A DNA stretch of 41,041 bases from the NCBI GenBank assembly GCA_032718475.1, contig JAUCBJ010002542.1, positions 1 through 41,041 of the forward strand. Reading direction: 5' to 3'. The notes beneath the pieces are model-generated. The model was not told where the DNA came from and did no database searches. It saw only the letters and a list, made by a program, of their open reading frames with translations. Both the position numbers and the translations under genes were made by a program. This stretch comes from Nemertoderma westbladi (taxonomy: Eukaryota; Animalia; Xenacoelomorpha). This document shows positions 9,092 to 19,760 of this stretch, one piece after another; the first letter of the stretch is position 1, and every line of letters starts with the position of its first letter.

Positions 9092-10810
9092 GGTCGAGGT
9101 TTCTTCCGCACCAGGTATGCTAATACGTCTAGCAACATTACAAAGGTGCAACGAACTTCCATCGGACATCTTGCCTTTCAGGAATACGGATGGAATTTCA
9201 AAGTCGGAAATCCCATCAACTATCAACAAGTATACGGAGACCATTATTCTCGATTATACTTTGATGGACCATTGACCGCACCTGGCGCCGTGTATAGCTT
9301 CATGAGTGTTCCACTCCGTCCCTCCTTAGCTATCTACACGATCTTTGAAAACACCGCACTTTCCGGTTGGCTAGCCGATGTGTGCAGTTGTACTATATGC
9401 GCCCATCCATTAATACTTGGGACCAAACTCGCTAAGCTAGTTGAACATAATAAATTCATCCGCTTCGAATGTTTCCGGCGATTTTTAACCCTGTTCCGCA
9501 ACGTGGATAGCCAATTTAAAGACCGCGCTTTGACCAAGCTCAGCCTAAGAAACTCAGCTGCAGAGAAGTTAGATAGCGCTGGATTTGCCATTTTCAAGGA
9601 GATTTGTATGTCGAACTTACACTCCTCTGTTATACAAAGACCTCGAATCCCCACAGGTTATTCTGTCGTGGAAATTCAGACAATAGGTCCACTTGAAGAG
9701 ACAGACACGCCCACCTCAGCTATGCACTGGGAAGACGAACCAATATGCCTAGAATCTGAGGAGATTCAGCCTATCGCCCCCCGGAACAGCGACAACGATT
9801 ACATCCTAGAATGGTATCAAGGTCCACAGTGTCTCACTGCGTACGATTATCGACATGCCAACTATGTTTCTCGGCAACGTTGTCGGTTATGCGCATCGAG
9901 AGACCATGTTACGCCCATGGACACAAACGTCCGCTGTTCCTATTTCCAAGAACAACCGACGATGGAAATTTATTGCGCATATTGCAGACTCAATAACTTG
10001 CATATTTTTGCGGTTTGCCCTCAATTTATGACTCAATGTCACCATTGTCAACTAAAGGGACACGCCAGTTTCGATTGCCCTTTTAATCACGATTTGGAAA
10101 GCGTAGATGAAATGATCACACTACGTTACATCAGAGCTTGGGAAGCGAACGCCGATTTACATTGTGATTCGCGCCATCGCTATTATCCCGGACGCGCTTA
10201 CGAAGGAGTTTATGCGTTCCATCCTAATCTATTCGCTTCTGTCGAACAGAAATCACGCATATCGAGTTACGAACTACTGAAGCACGTCGGAGAATGTATT
10301 TCAACCAAATTCGTACGCAAATTTCTCAGGAGTGTTAATCCTAGCGACCTTCATTCCTATAACTTAATCAATTATATCCGTCAGGATCCGGACTATGGAG
10401 ACTTATTTGTTAACTCACACCCCGAGTTACAGGAAGTATATCGACGGCCTTACGAATACCGAGCCCGCGAACGCGAGTTGGAAAGAACCATTAAACCCAG
10501 GAGGTTTCTGACTGCCTATGGTCCACCCACGGCTCTCGTTCAGACCACTCGTAAAGGACCCGTAAGAGCGGCTGTCCTAAAACGCGCTCTCAAGGCCGTT
10601 AGACCCCTCTCCCCCGACGTTGATGTCAATCAACCCGGCACTTCGACTGGCGGATACACCGACCATAATCCTACACCCTCTGATGCAATCACATTGCACC
10701 CTTCACCCAGGAGTTATAGCCCTCCTTGTAAAGTGGCTCGCCCCAAAGAGAAAAGGACTCTGGCCAGCTTTAAAAAACTGCGTAAACGCCGTCCGCGCAA
10801 GAAAGACTAA
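9092..10810 (+). CDS. C-terminal segment of accessory ORF (Exo III region, zinc knuckles, NLS-like tail)
   Basis: In frame with the upstream ORF across one TAA (APWA*GRGFFRTRY...). Contains an exact CX2CX4HX4C knuckle, CHHCQLKGHASFDC. Confidence 0.7.
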   Translation, partial: GRGFFRTRYANTSSNITKVQRTSIGHLAFQEYGWNFKVGNPINYQQVYGDHYSRLYFDGPLTAPGAVYSFMSVPLRPSLAIYTIFENTALSGWLADVCSCTICAHPLILGTKLAKLVEHNKFIRFECFRRFLTLFRNVDSQFKDRALTKLSLRNSAAEKLDSAGFAIFKEICMSNLHSSVIQRPRIPTGYSVVEIQTIGPLEETDTPTSAMHWEDEPICLESEEIQPIAPRNSDNDYILEWYQGPQCLTAYDYRHANYVSRQRCRLCASRDHVTPMDTNVRCSYFQEQPTMEIYCAYCRLNNLHIFAVCPQFMTQCHHCQLKGHASFDCPFNHDLESVDEMITLRYIRAWEANADLHCDSRHRYYPGRAYEGVYAFHPNLFASVEQKSRISSYELLKHVGECISTKFVRKFLRSVNPSDLHSYNLINYIRQDPDYGDLFVNSHPELQEVYRRPYEYRARERELERTIKPRRFLTAYGPPTALVQTTRKGPVRAAVLKRALKAVRPLSPDVDVNQPGTSTGGYTDHNPTPSDAITLHPSPRSYSPPCKVARPKEKRTLASFKKLRKRRPRKKD

Positions 10811-10880
10811 CTGTTTAGAGTATTTACGTATATTAGAAACTGTGATTTTTGTATATTTATAGACTTGAATCCCATTTTCT

Positions 10881-11520
10881 GGGAGCGGTGTAAAAGCTTT
10901 TGCGGATATAATCAGTCCCCCTGCCCGCAAAGTACCGTTGTAGGTGTTTTAACGGACATAAAAGTCATTCTTCTATATGTGTGCTTTGGCGGACATGGTA
11001 AGGCACAAAACCCGCAATGCGTCAAATTCTCTAGCACAGTGTAGCCTTGATGATTCAGATTACGACATCTAACAGCTGGTTGCTGGCATGGAAACGGCCG
11101 TTGGACACATGGTTCTTTGTTTCAGCTTAACAGCCAATCAGAGCGATTTTTACTGTCGATGTGGAGATATTCTACAGATCGTGCTAGCAGGATTCAGTCT
11201 TATAGTTTTCTGTGTTATAGTTTTGTTGTTTCTATCTAGGCCAAGAACACCGGCTCTAGAGTCAATTCGTTTCAGACTTTAGAAGAAACATTAGTAGGCT
11301 TAGATTATAGAGCATATAACTGTTACCGGCCCAATTATCAGCGCAGTAGCGCAGCGGTACAATCTTATATTGTTATAATCTTAACCTACCGTCTTAATGC
11401 TTTTTACTGTTGTTATTGTTTCTATCTAGTTGGTTGAATATTATTATTTGGAGAACATCTATAAAGAACCCAAATTTCCCAATTTTCTTGATACACTACA
11501 GGTTAGAGAGACAGGTTACA
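10881..11520 (+). repeat. Candidate polypurine tract (10881-10888) and 3' LTR (10889 to ~11520)
   Basis: GGGAGCGG then TGTAAAAG. AGCCAATCAGAGCG CCAAT box at ~11132, CATATAA at ~11313 and TATAAA at 11460. Ends in TTACA at 11520, giving a 5-bp terminal inverted repeat. An alternative end is CTACA at 11500. Confidence 0.55.
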
Positions 11521-12095
11521 TATAGCGATTGCGACTTATATTATCGTGGTTTGTAGTGAGTTTAATGCTATTTGATAGGCACTACATGAGTCAATTGCTG
11601 TTCTCTTTATATATGATAAAATTCATTGACGGTCGGCAGATTAGTGTGCAGTATTGTGTGGTACCGGTAGTGTGCATGATTGTGGCTGCTAACTAAGCAT
11701 TTCCTAAAGAATGCGCCTCATACGTGAATCATAAGCCTTACAGTCTTACAGTTGTGTTTAGTATAAGTCATATCTCTGTTTATCTAGATAGAGCGTCACG
11801 TCCTAAAGGAACTGTTAATATTTCCCGAAAGTGAATAATACTCGTCAGAAATTATTTATTAACGATCAATCGAATAATACAGTAAGCTTACACTGCAATA
11901 ATAAAATCTAAGCCCCATCCGAATCCAGTCTCCCGGGTATATCCAGCGGGTGAATGGACGCGCACTAGGCTGGCTTCGGCTAATGTTGTGTTTATTGGTA
12001 TTAAATACTTGTCATTTACTAAAGTCTATTTATAAACCAAAAGACATATAAATTTTGGCAGGTTAAACTGCTAAAGGTCTTCAAAAGCGCGTACA

Positions 12096-15000
12096 GTGTC
12101 CCTGATTAATGTTTGTGTCCCTGATTAATGTTTGTGTCCCTGATTAATGTTTGTGTTCCTCATTAATGTTTGTGTCACTGATTTATGTTTGTGTCCCTGA
12201 TTAATGTTTGTGTTCCTCATTAATGTTTGTGTCACTGATTTATGTTTGTGTCGCTGATTAATGTTTGTGTCCCTGATATATGTTTGTGTCCCTGATTAAT
12301 ATTTGTGTCCCTGATTTGTGTTTGTGTCGCTGATTAATGTTTGTGTCCCTGATTAATGTTTGTGTTCCACATTAATGTTTGTGTCACTGATTTATGTTTG
12401 TGTCCCTGATTTATGTTTGTGTCCCTGATTTATGTTTGTGTCCCTCATTAATGTTTGTGTTCCTGATTAATGTGTGTCCCCCATTAATGTTTATGTCCTT
12501 GAGTAATGTTTATGTTCCTCATTAATGTTTGTGTCCCTGATTAATGTTTATGTCACTGATTAATGTTTGTGTTCCACATTAATGTTTGTGTCACTGATTT
12601 ATGTTTGTGTCCCTGATTAATGTTTGTGTTCCTCATTAATGTTTGTGTCACTGATTTATGTTTGTGTCGCTGATTAATGTTTGTGTCCCTGATATATGTT
12701 TGTGTCCCTGATTAATATTTGTGTCCCTGATTTGTGTTTGTGTCGCTGATTAATGTTTGTGTCCCTGATTAATGTTTGTGTTCCACATTAATGTTTGTGT
12801 CACTGATTTATGTTTGTGTCCCTGATTTATGTTTGTGTCCCTGATTTATGTTTGTGTCCCTCATTAATGTTTGTGTTCCTGATTAATGTGTGTCCCCCAT
12901 TAATGTTTATGTCCTTGAGTAATGTTTATGTTCCTCATTAATGTTTGTGTCCCTGATTAATGTTTATGTCACTGATTAATGTTTGTGTCACTGATTAATG
13001 TTTGTGTCCCTGATTAATGTTTGTGTTCCACATTAATGTTTGTGTCACTGATTTATGTTTGTGTCCCTGATTTATGTTTGTGTCCCTCATTAATGTTTGT
13101 GTTCCTGACTAATGTTTGTGTTCCTGATTAATGTGTGTCCCCCATTAATGTTTATGTCCTTGAGTAATGTTTATGTTCCTCATTAATGTTTGTGTCCCTG
13201 ATTAATGTTTATGTCACTGATTAATGTTTGTGTCACTGATTAATGTTTATGTCACTGATTAATGTTTGTGTCACTGATTAATGTTTGTGTCCCTGATTAA
13301 TGTTTGTGTCCCTGATTAATGTTTGTGTCCCTGATTAATGTTTGTGTTCCTCATTAATGTTTGTGTCACTGATTTATGTTTGTGTCCATGATTAATGTTT
13401 GTGTTCCTCATTAATGTTTGTGTCACTGATTTATGTTTGTGTCGCTGATTAATGTTTGTGTCCCTGATTTATGTTTGTGTCCCTGATTAATATTTGTGTC
13501 CCTGATTTGTGTTTGTGTCGCTGATTAATGTTTGTGTCCCATATTTATGTTTGTGTCGCTGATTAATGTTTGTGTCCCTGATTTATGTTTGTGTCCCTGA
13601 TTAATGTTTGTGTCCCTGATTTATGTTTGTGTCGCTGATTAATGTTTGTGTCCCTGATTTATGTTTGTGTCGCTGATTAATGTTTGTGTCCCTGATTAAT
13701 GTTTGTGTCCCTGCTTAATGTTTGTGTCCCTGATTAATGTTTGTGTCCCTGATTTATTTTTGTGTCGCTGATTAATGTTTGTGGCCCTGATTTATGTTTG
13801 TGTCCCTGATTAATGTTTGTGTCCCTGATTTATGTTTGTGTCCCTGATTAATGTTTGTGTCCCTGATTAATGTTTGTGACCCTGACTAATGTTTGTGTCC
13901 CTGATTTATGTTTGTGTCCCTGATTAATGTTTGTGTCCCTGATTTATGTTTGTGTCGCTGATTAATGTGTGTGTCCCTGATTTATGTTTGTGTCCCTGAT
14001 TAATGTTTGTGTCCCTGATTAATGTTTGTGACCCTGACTAATGTTTGTGTCCCTGATTTATGTTTGTGTCCCTGATTAATGTTTGTGTCCCTGATTTATG
14101 TTTGTGTCGCTGATTAATGTTTGTGTCCCTGATTAATGTTTGTGTCCCTGATTAATGTTTGTGACCCTGACTAATGTTTGTGTTCCTGATTAATTTTTAT
14201 GTCACTGATTAATGTGTGTCCCTGATTAATGTTTGTGTCCCTGATTAATTATTGTAAACCTGATTAATGTGTGTCCCTGATTAATGTTTGTGTCCCTCAT
14301 TAATGTTTGTGTTCCTGACTAATGTTTGTGTCCCTGACTAATGTTTGTGTTCCTGATTAATTTTTATGTCACTGATTAATGTGTGTCCCTGATTAATGTT
14401 TGTGTTCCTGATTAATGTTTGTGTCCCTGATTAATGTTTGTGTCCCTGATTAATGTTTGTGTCCCTGATTAATGTTTGTGTCCCTGATTAATGTTTGTGT
14501 TCCACATTAATGTTTGTGTCACTGATTAATGTTTGTGTCCCTGATTAATGTTTGTGTCCCTGATTAATGTTTGTGTCCCTGATTAATGTTTGTGTCCCTG
14601 ATTAATGTTTGTGTCCCTGATTAATGTTTGTGTCCCTGATTAATGTTTGTGTTCCACATTAATGTTTGTGTCACTGATTTATGTTTGTGTCCCTGATTTA
14701 TGTTTGTGTCCCTGATTTATGTTTGTGTCCCTCATTAATGTTTGTGTTCCTGACTAATGTTTGTGTTCCTGATTAATGTGTGTCCCCCATTAATGTTTAT
14801 GTCCTTGAGTAATGTTTATGTTCCTCATTAATGTTTGTGTCCCTGATTAATGTTTATGTCACTGATTAATGTTTGTGTCACTGATTAATGTTTGTGTCCC
14901 TGATTAATGTTTGTGTCCCTGATTAATGTTTGTGTCCCTGATTAATGTTTGTGTTCCTCATTAATGTTTGTGTCACTGATTTATGTTTGTGTCCCTGATT

Positions 15001-17595
15001 AATGTTTGTGTTCCTCATTAATGTTTGTGTCACTGATTTATGTTTGTGTCGCTGATTAATGTTTGTGTCCCTGATTTATGTTTGTGTCCCTGATTAATAT
15101 TTGTGTCCCTGATTTGTGTTTGTGTCGCTGATTAATGTTTGTGTCCCATATTTATGTTTGTGTCGCTGATTAATGTTTGTGTCCCTGATTTATGTTTGTG
15201 TCCCTGATTAATGTTTGTGTCCCTGATTTATGTTTGTGTCGCTGATTAATGTTTGTGTCCCTGATTTATGTTTGTGTCGCTGATTAATGTTTGTGTCCCT
15301 GATTAATGTTTGTGTCCCTGCTTAATGTTTGTGTCCCTGATTAATGTTTGTGTCCCTGATTTATGTTTGTGTCGCTGATTTATGTTTGTGGCCCTGATTT
15401 ATGTTTGTGTCCCTGATTAATGTTTGTGTCCCTGATTTATGTTTGTGTCGCTGATTAATGTTTGTATCCCTGATTTATGTTTGTGTCGCTGATTAATGTT
15501 TGTGTCCCTGATTTATGTTTGTGTCCCTGATTAATGTTTGTGTCCCTGATTTATGTTTGTGTCGCTGATTAATGTTTGTGACCCTGACTAATGTTTGTGT
15601 CCCTGATTTATGTTTGTGTCCCTGATTAATGTTTGTGTCCCTGATTTATGTTTGTGTCGCTGATTAATGTTTGTGTCCCTGATTAATGTTTGTGTCCCTG
15701 ATTAATGTTTGTGACCCTGACTAATGTTTGTGTCGCTGATTAATGTTTGTGACCCTGATTAATGTTTGTGTCCCTGATTTATGTTTGTGTCCCTGATTAA
15801 TGTTTGTGTCGCTGATTAATGTTTGTGTCCCTGATTTATGTTTGTGTCGCTGATTAATGTTTGTGTCCCTGATTAATGTTTGTGTACCTGATTAATGTTT
15901 GTGTCCCTGATTAATGTTTGTGTCACTGATTAATGTTTGTGTCCCTGATTTATGTTTGTGTCGCTGATTAATGTTTGTATCCCTGATTTATGTTTGTGTC
16001 GCTGATTAATGTTTGTGTCCCTGATTTATGTTTGTGTCCCTGATTTATGTTTGTGTCGCTGATTAATGTTTGTGGCCCTGATTTATGTTTGTGTCCCTGA
16101 TTAATGTTTGTGTCCCTGATTTATGTTTGTGTCGCTGATTAATGTTTGTGTCCCTGATTAATGTTTGTGTACCTGATTAATGTTTGTGTCACTAATTTAT
16201 GTTTGTGTCCCTGATTAATGTTTGTGTCCCTGATTAATGTTTGTGACCCTGACTAATGTTTGTGTCCCTGATTTATGTTTGTGTCCCTGATTAATGTTTG
16301 TGTCCCTGATTTATGTTTGTGTCGCTGATTAATGTGTGTGTCCCTGATTTATGTTTGTGTCCCTGATTAATGTTTGTGTCCCTGATTAATGTTTGTGACC
16401 CTGACTAATGTTTGTGTCCCTGATTTATGTTTGTGTCCCTGATTAATGTTTGTGTCCCTGATTTATGTTTGTGTCGCTGATTGATGTTTGTGACCCTGAC
16501 TAATGTTTGTGTCCCTGATTTATGTTTGTGTCCCTGATTAATGTTTGTGTCCCTGATTTATGTTTGTGTCGCTGATTAATGTTTGTGTCCCTGATTAATG
16601 TTTGTGTCCCTGATTAATGTTTGTGACCCTGACTAATGTTTGTGTCGCTGATTAATGTTTGTGACCCTGATTAATGTTTGTGTCCCTGATTTATGTTTGT
16701 GTCCCTGATTAATGTTTGTGTCGCTGATTAATGTTTGTGTCCCTGATTTATGTTTGTGTCGCTGATTAATGTTTGTGTCCCTGATTAATGTTTGTGTACC
16801 TGATTAATGTTTGTGTCCCTGATTAATGTTTGTGTCACTGATTAATGTTTGTGTCCCTGATTTATGTTTGTGTCGCTGATTAATGTTTGTATCCCTGATT
16901 TATGTTTGTGTCGCTGATTAATGTTTGTGTCCCTGATTTATGTTTGTGTCCCTGATTAATGTTTGTGTCCCTGATTTATGTTTGTGTCGCTGATTAATGT
17001 TTGTGTCCCTGATTAATGTTTGTGTACCTGATTAATGTTTGTGTCACTGATTTATGTTTGTGTCCCTGATTAATGTTTGTGTCCCTGATTTATGTTTCTA
17101 TCCCTGATTAATGTTTGTGTCCCTGATTAATGTTTATGTCACTGATTAATGTTTGTGTCACTGATTAATGTTTATGTCACTGATTAATGTTTGTGTCGCT
17201 GATTAATGTTTGTGTCCCTGATTAATGTTTGTGTCCATGATTAATGTTTGTGTCCCTGATTAATGTTTGTGTACCTGATTAATGTTTGTGTCCCTGATTA
17301 ATGTTTATGTCACTGATTAATGTTTGTGTCACTGATTAATGTTTGTGTCACTGATTAATGTTTGTGTCCCTGATTAATATTTGTGTCCCTGATTTATGTT
17401 TGTGTCGCTGATTAATGTTTGTGTTCCTGATTAATGTTTGTGTCCCTGATTAATGTTTGTGTTCCACATTAATGTTTGTGTCCCTGATTAATATTTGTGT
17501 CCCTGATTTATGTTTGTGTCGCTGATTAATGTTTGTCTCCCATGTTTATGTTTGAGTCCCTTATTGATCGGTGTCCCTGATTAATGTTTGTGTCC
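12096..17595. repeat. Satellite/minisatellite, 19-bp unit GTGTCCCTGATTAATGTTT, ~290 copies, with higher-order repeats
   Basis: Directly visible tandem array with recurring variants (TGATTTAT, GTCGC, GTCAC, TTCCTCAT). Confidence 0.99.
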
Positions 17596-17772
17596 ATCCC
17601 CAATGATTAAAATTTGTTATTAGTGCTTCCACAAATACAATCATTGAATATAATCCTATAACAGTTTACAATGAACACAAACAACCTAAATAAAGTTTGA
17701 TCATTGTTTTATTTGATTTCGTACTATTTCCTTAGAATCACTTCAAGTGTACTGGTAACAATGATCACAAGC

Positions 17773-18300
17773 CTATGGCGCAGTAGCAGTAAAGAATGCG
17801 CTACTCCAATCAACTTGCCCATCTGCTCCGAGAGGATTATTCTCCCAATTAGTATCACAGGCTCCATCGCAGCATTGCAACTGGCAGGCCACCTGGGGAT
17901 CTTCTAACATACTCTTTAAAGCATTTGCAGCACTCGCCATAGCGTTTGCAACCTCTGTATCATCATCTTCACCAGCACATTCAGCCTCAGATATTGATTT
18001 ACACTGACCGTTCAACACATCTGTCACACACATAACAAACCCCACATTCATGAGTATGTTGGCATCTACTTCCTTCATCTTCCCCCCTACTAGAGTCGAC
18101 ATTGTCATGCACTTCGCGCAATCTTCTGCAGTTACCTTCGGTACTGCATCAAAAAGCAATTTAACCGCCTCATCTTGAATTTGGGAATTGTCAGATTTTA
18201 TTACAAAAGTTAAACCTTCTTCACAAGTTGCGCCTTCACAAACTGAGTTAACGAAAATATCACAAAGACATACCACGATTAATAACTTGAGGTTATCCAT
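17773..18300 (-). CDS. Small secreted cysteine-rich protein (175 aa), possibly a divergent Ly6/three-finger-like fold
   Basis: ATG in aagaATGG context. Hydrophobic signal peptide LLIVVCLCDIFVNSVCEG. Spaced cysteines ending CQLQCCDGACDTN. Single exon. The fold assignment is a guess. Confidence 0.7.
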   Translation of the reverse strand: MDNLKLLIVVCLCDIFVNSVCEGATCEEGLTFVIKSDNSQIQDEAVKLLFDAVPKVTAEDCAKCMTMSTLVGGKMKEVDANILMNVGFVMCVTDVLNGQCKSISEAECAGEDDDTEVANAMASAANALKSMLEDPQVACQLQCCDGACDTNWENNPLGADGQVDWSSAFFTATAP

Positions 18301-18441
18301 TCTTGTAAGGTGTTGTGTGGAATATTTAATTCTTTATACAGTAAATTATTTTTGTTATTAGATTAAATAGGGTTAAATACAATATTATTTGGAACCTATT
18401 ATCTTTGATAAATACTACAGTGATTAAAAATATACGACAAT

Positions 18442-19760
18442 ATACTACTACTACTACGATCGGCATGCTGCATTGCAGCTGCATTATATATATATTTATT
18501 ACATTAAGAATGCTGTGTCGGCCTATCGACAAAATTGCGCCCCACAACTCCCTATCACCCATGACATTTGATAGATCATCCGCATCTTCAAGGCTAGTGT
18601 CCTTTAAGATGCGTCTCAAGAAAATCATGGGCTGTCCTCCATGCTTACTCACTCCATGAGGCCGCCAAAGCACAAGATTATGCATTGCCTGGTCCTCACG
18701 GCGAACGCATTGTCTGCAAAGCGGAGGAGGCTTTGTTCTAGTGCCATGCTCGGGCGAACCAATGAGACACATCCAATGCTATATACTGTAGTGTGTGGTT
18801 GGCGATGTGTACATTGTACTTGACACAGTGAACCCGGTGTAGCATTTTTGTGAATGTGCCATCCAGAGATTTGGTGTCCTCAGCAGTTAGAGCCCATCAT
18901 GGACTCACACAGAGGAGTACTGGAACTACTGTGAAAACTGCTCTAAATAATCGGACCTTAAGTTTCGAGGAAAGCCCATTCAAGGCTCCCCATGCCTTTC
19001 CCTTACGTATTCGAAGGTCCTCATCTGGTTTCCGGATCCATGATCCCAGGTAACAGAAATCGTCCACATGCGCAACCATTCCAACCTTGGAGCTTATGCT
19101 CATCCGGTCAGAGACTTGCTGAGGACTTTCAAAGTTAACAGTCAAAATTTGGGTCTTTTTGGAGTTAACAAAAAGACCAACACTATAAGCATCCTGTTCT
19201 AATGACCTGAGGAGCTGGTGGCTCCCTCTAGTGATTCTGAGAGTACTCCTAAGTCATCAGCAAAGTCTAGATCAGTTAAGCACTTGGCTGGGTTTCCTCA
19301 ATTTCAGGAGCCAGTAGGTGGGAGTTACCATCACCCCAACATCATTATGATGATCTATGGACATGCGTAGAACATAGTCAACCACAACCACAATTATGAA
19401 TAAGAATGGTACAAATGTGTCTCCCTAGAGGACTGCCCTTAACACTTCAAATGGTTCTGTGTCACCGTCAACAGTAGACACAAATGTCGTCGAACCATCG
19501 TATACTGATCTGTTGCTGTAATAATTTCATCAAGAATCCCATATAATAAAAGTATGGTGAACATACGTGGCGTGAGACTGAATCAAAGTCCTTGAAGAAG
19601 TCAACAAGGATAGCCAGACAGCCAGATGCCTGTCTTTCTTTTTTGATAACTCTTCAATTATGCGTAATTCTTAAGTGAAAAAATGGGCTCCATGGTCACA
19701 CGACTACGACCTTTTACGGAACCAATTCTGATTTCTACGTAGCAGTCTCTCAATGGGTTA
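18442..19760 (-). mobile_element. Degenerate 5'-truncated non-LTR retrotransposon (RTE-like RT and C-terminus)
   Basis: Minus-strand fragments LLRRNQNWFRK, VL*GDTFVPFLFIIV..DYVLR, LTDLDFADDL, DFCYLGSWI, KVRLFRA and LVLWRPHG...MGDRELW. Stops and frameshifts present. (TAG)n tail near 18442-18457. Confidence 0.9.

Larger units (their letters stand above)
6604..10810 (+). pseudogene. Disrupted ~1,400-aa accessory ORF: DEDDy-type 3'-5' exonuclease-like domain + CCHC zinc knuckles + basic tail
   Basis: ORF 6604-6921 overlaps a +1 frame open from 6875 to the TAA at 9089-9091. The same frame continues without stops to 10810. Exo I VVTYDNEG (D 8708, E 8714). Exo II LPQPVLEMLFNERILKIGSAVYGD (D 9011), followed by FVDTQLIA and SIGHLAFQEYGWNFK. 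Exo III-like PLTAPGAVYSFMS, with the last Asp replaced by Ser. Knuckles CRLCASRDH, CAYCRLNNLHIFAVC and CHHCQLKGHASFDC. C-terminus KKLRKRRPRKKD. Confidence 0.75.
1..11520 (+). mobile_element. BEL/Pao LTR retrotransposon, 5' end outside window, carrying an extra 3' ORF
   Basis: Gag-pol with BEL domain order (three zinc knuckles, PR, RT, RNase H, IN). Downstream same-strand long ORF. Purine tract GGGAGCGG at 10881-10888 directly followed by TGTAA...TTACA. The right boundary is inferred because the 5' LTR is not visible for comparison. Confidence 0.8.

Noticed and set aside
6604-10810. env gene in the third-ORF position
   Set aside because: No signal peptide, no transmembrane segment and no fusion-protein pattern. 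It has nuclease-like motifs, zinc knuckles and a basic tail instead.
12096-17595. CRISPR array or coding repeat
   Set aside because: Head-to-tail monomers with no unique spacers, no cas genes, eukaryotic context, and stop codons recurring on both strands.
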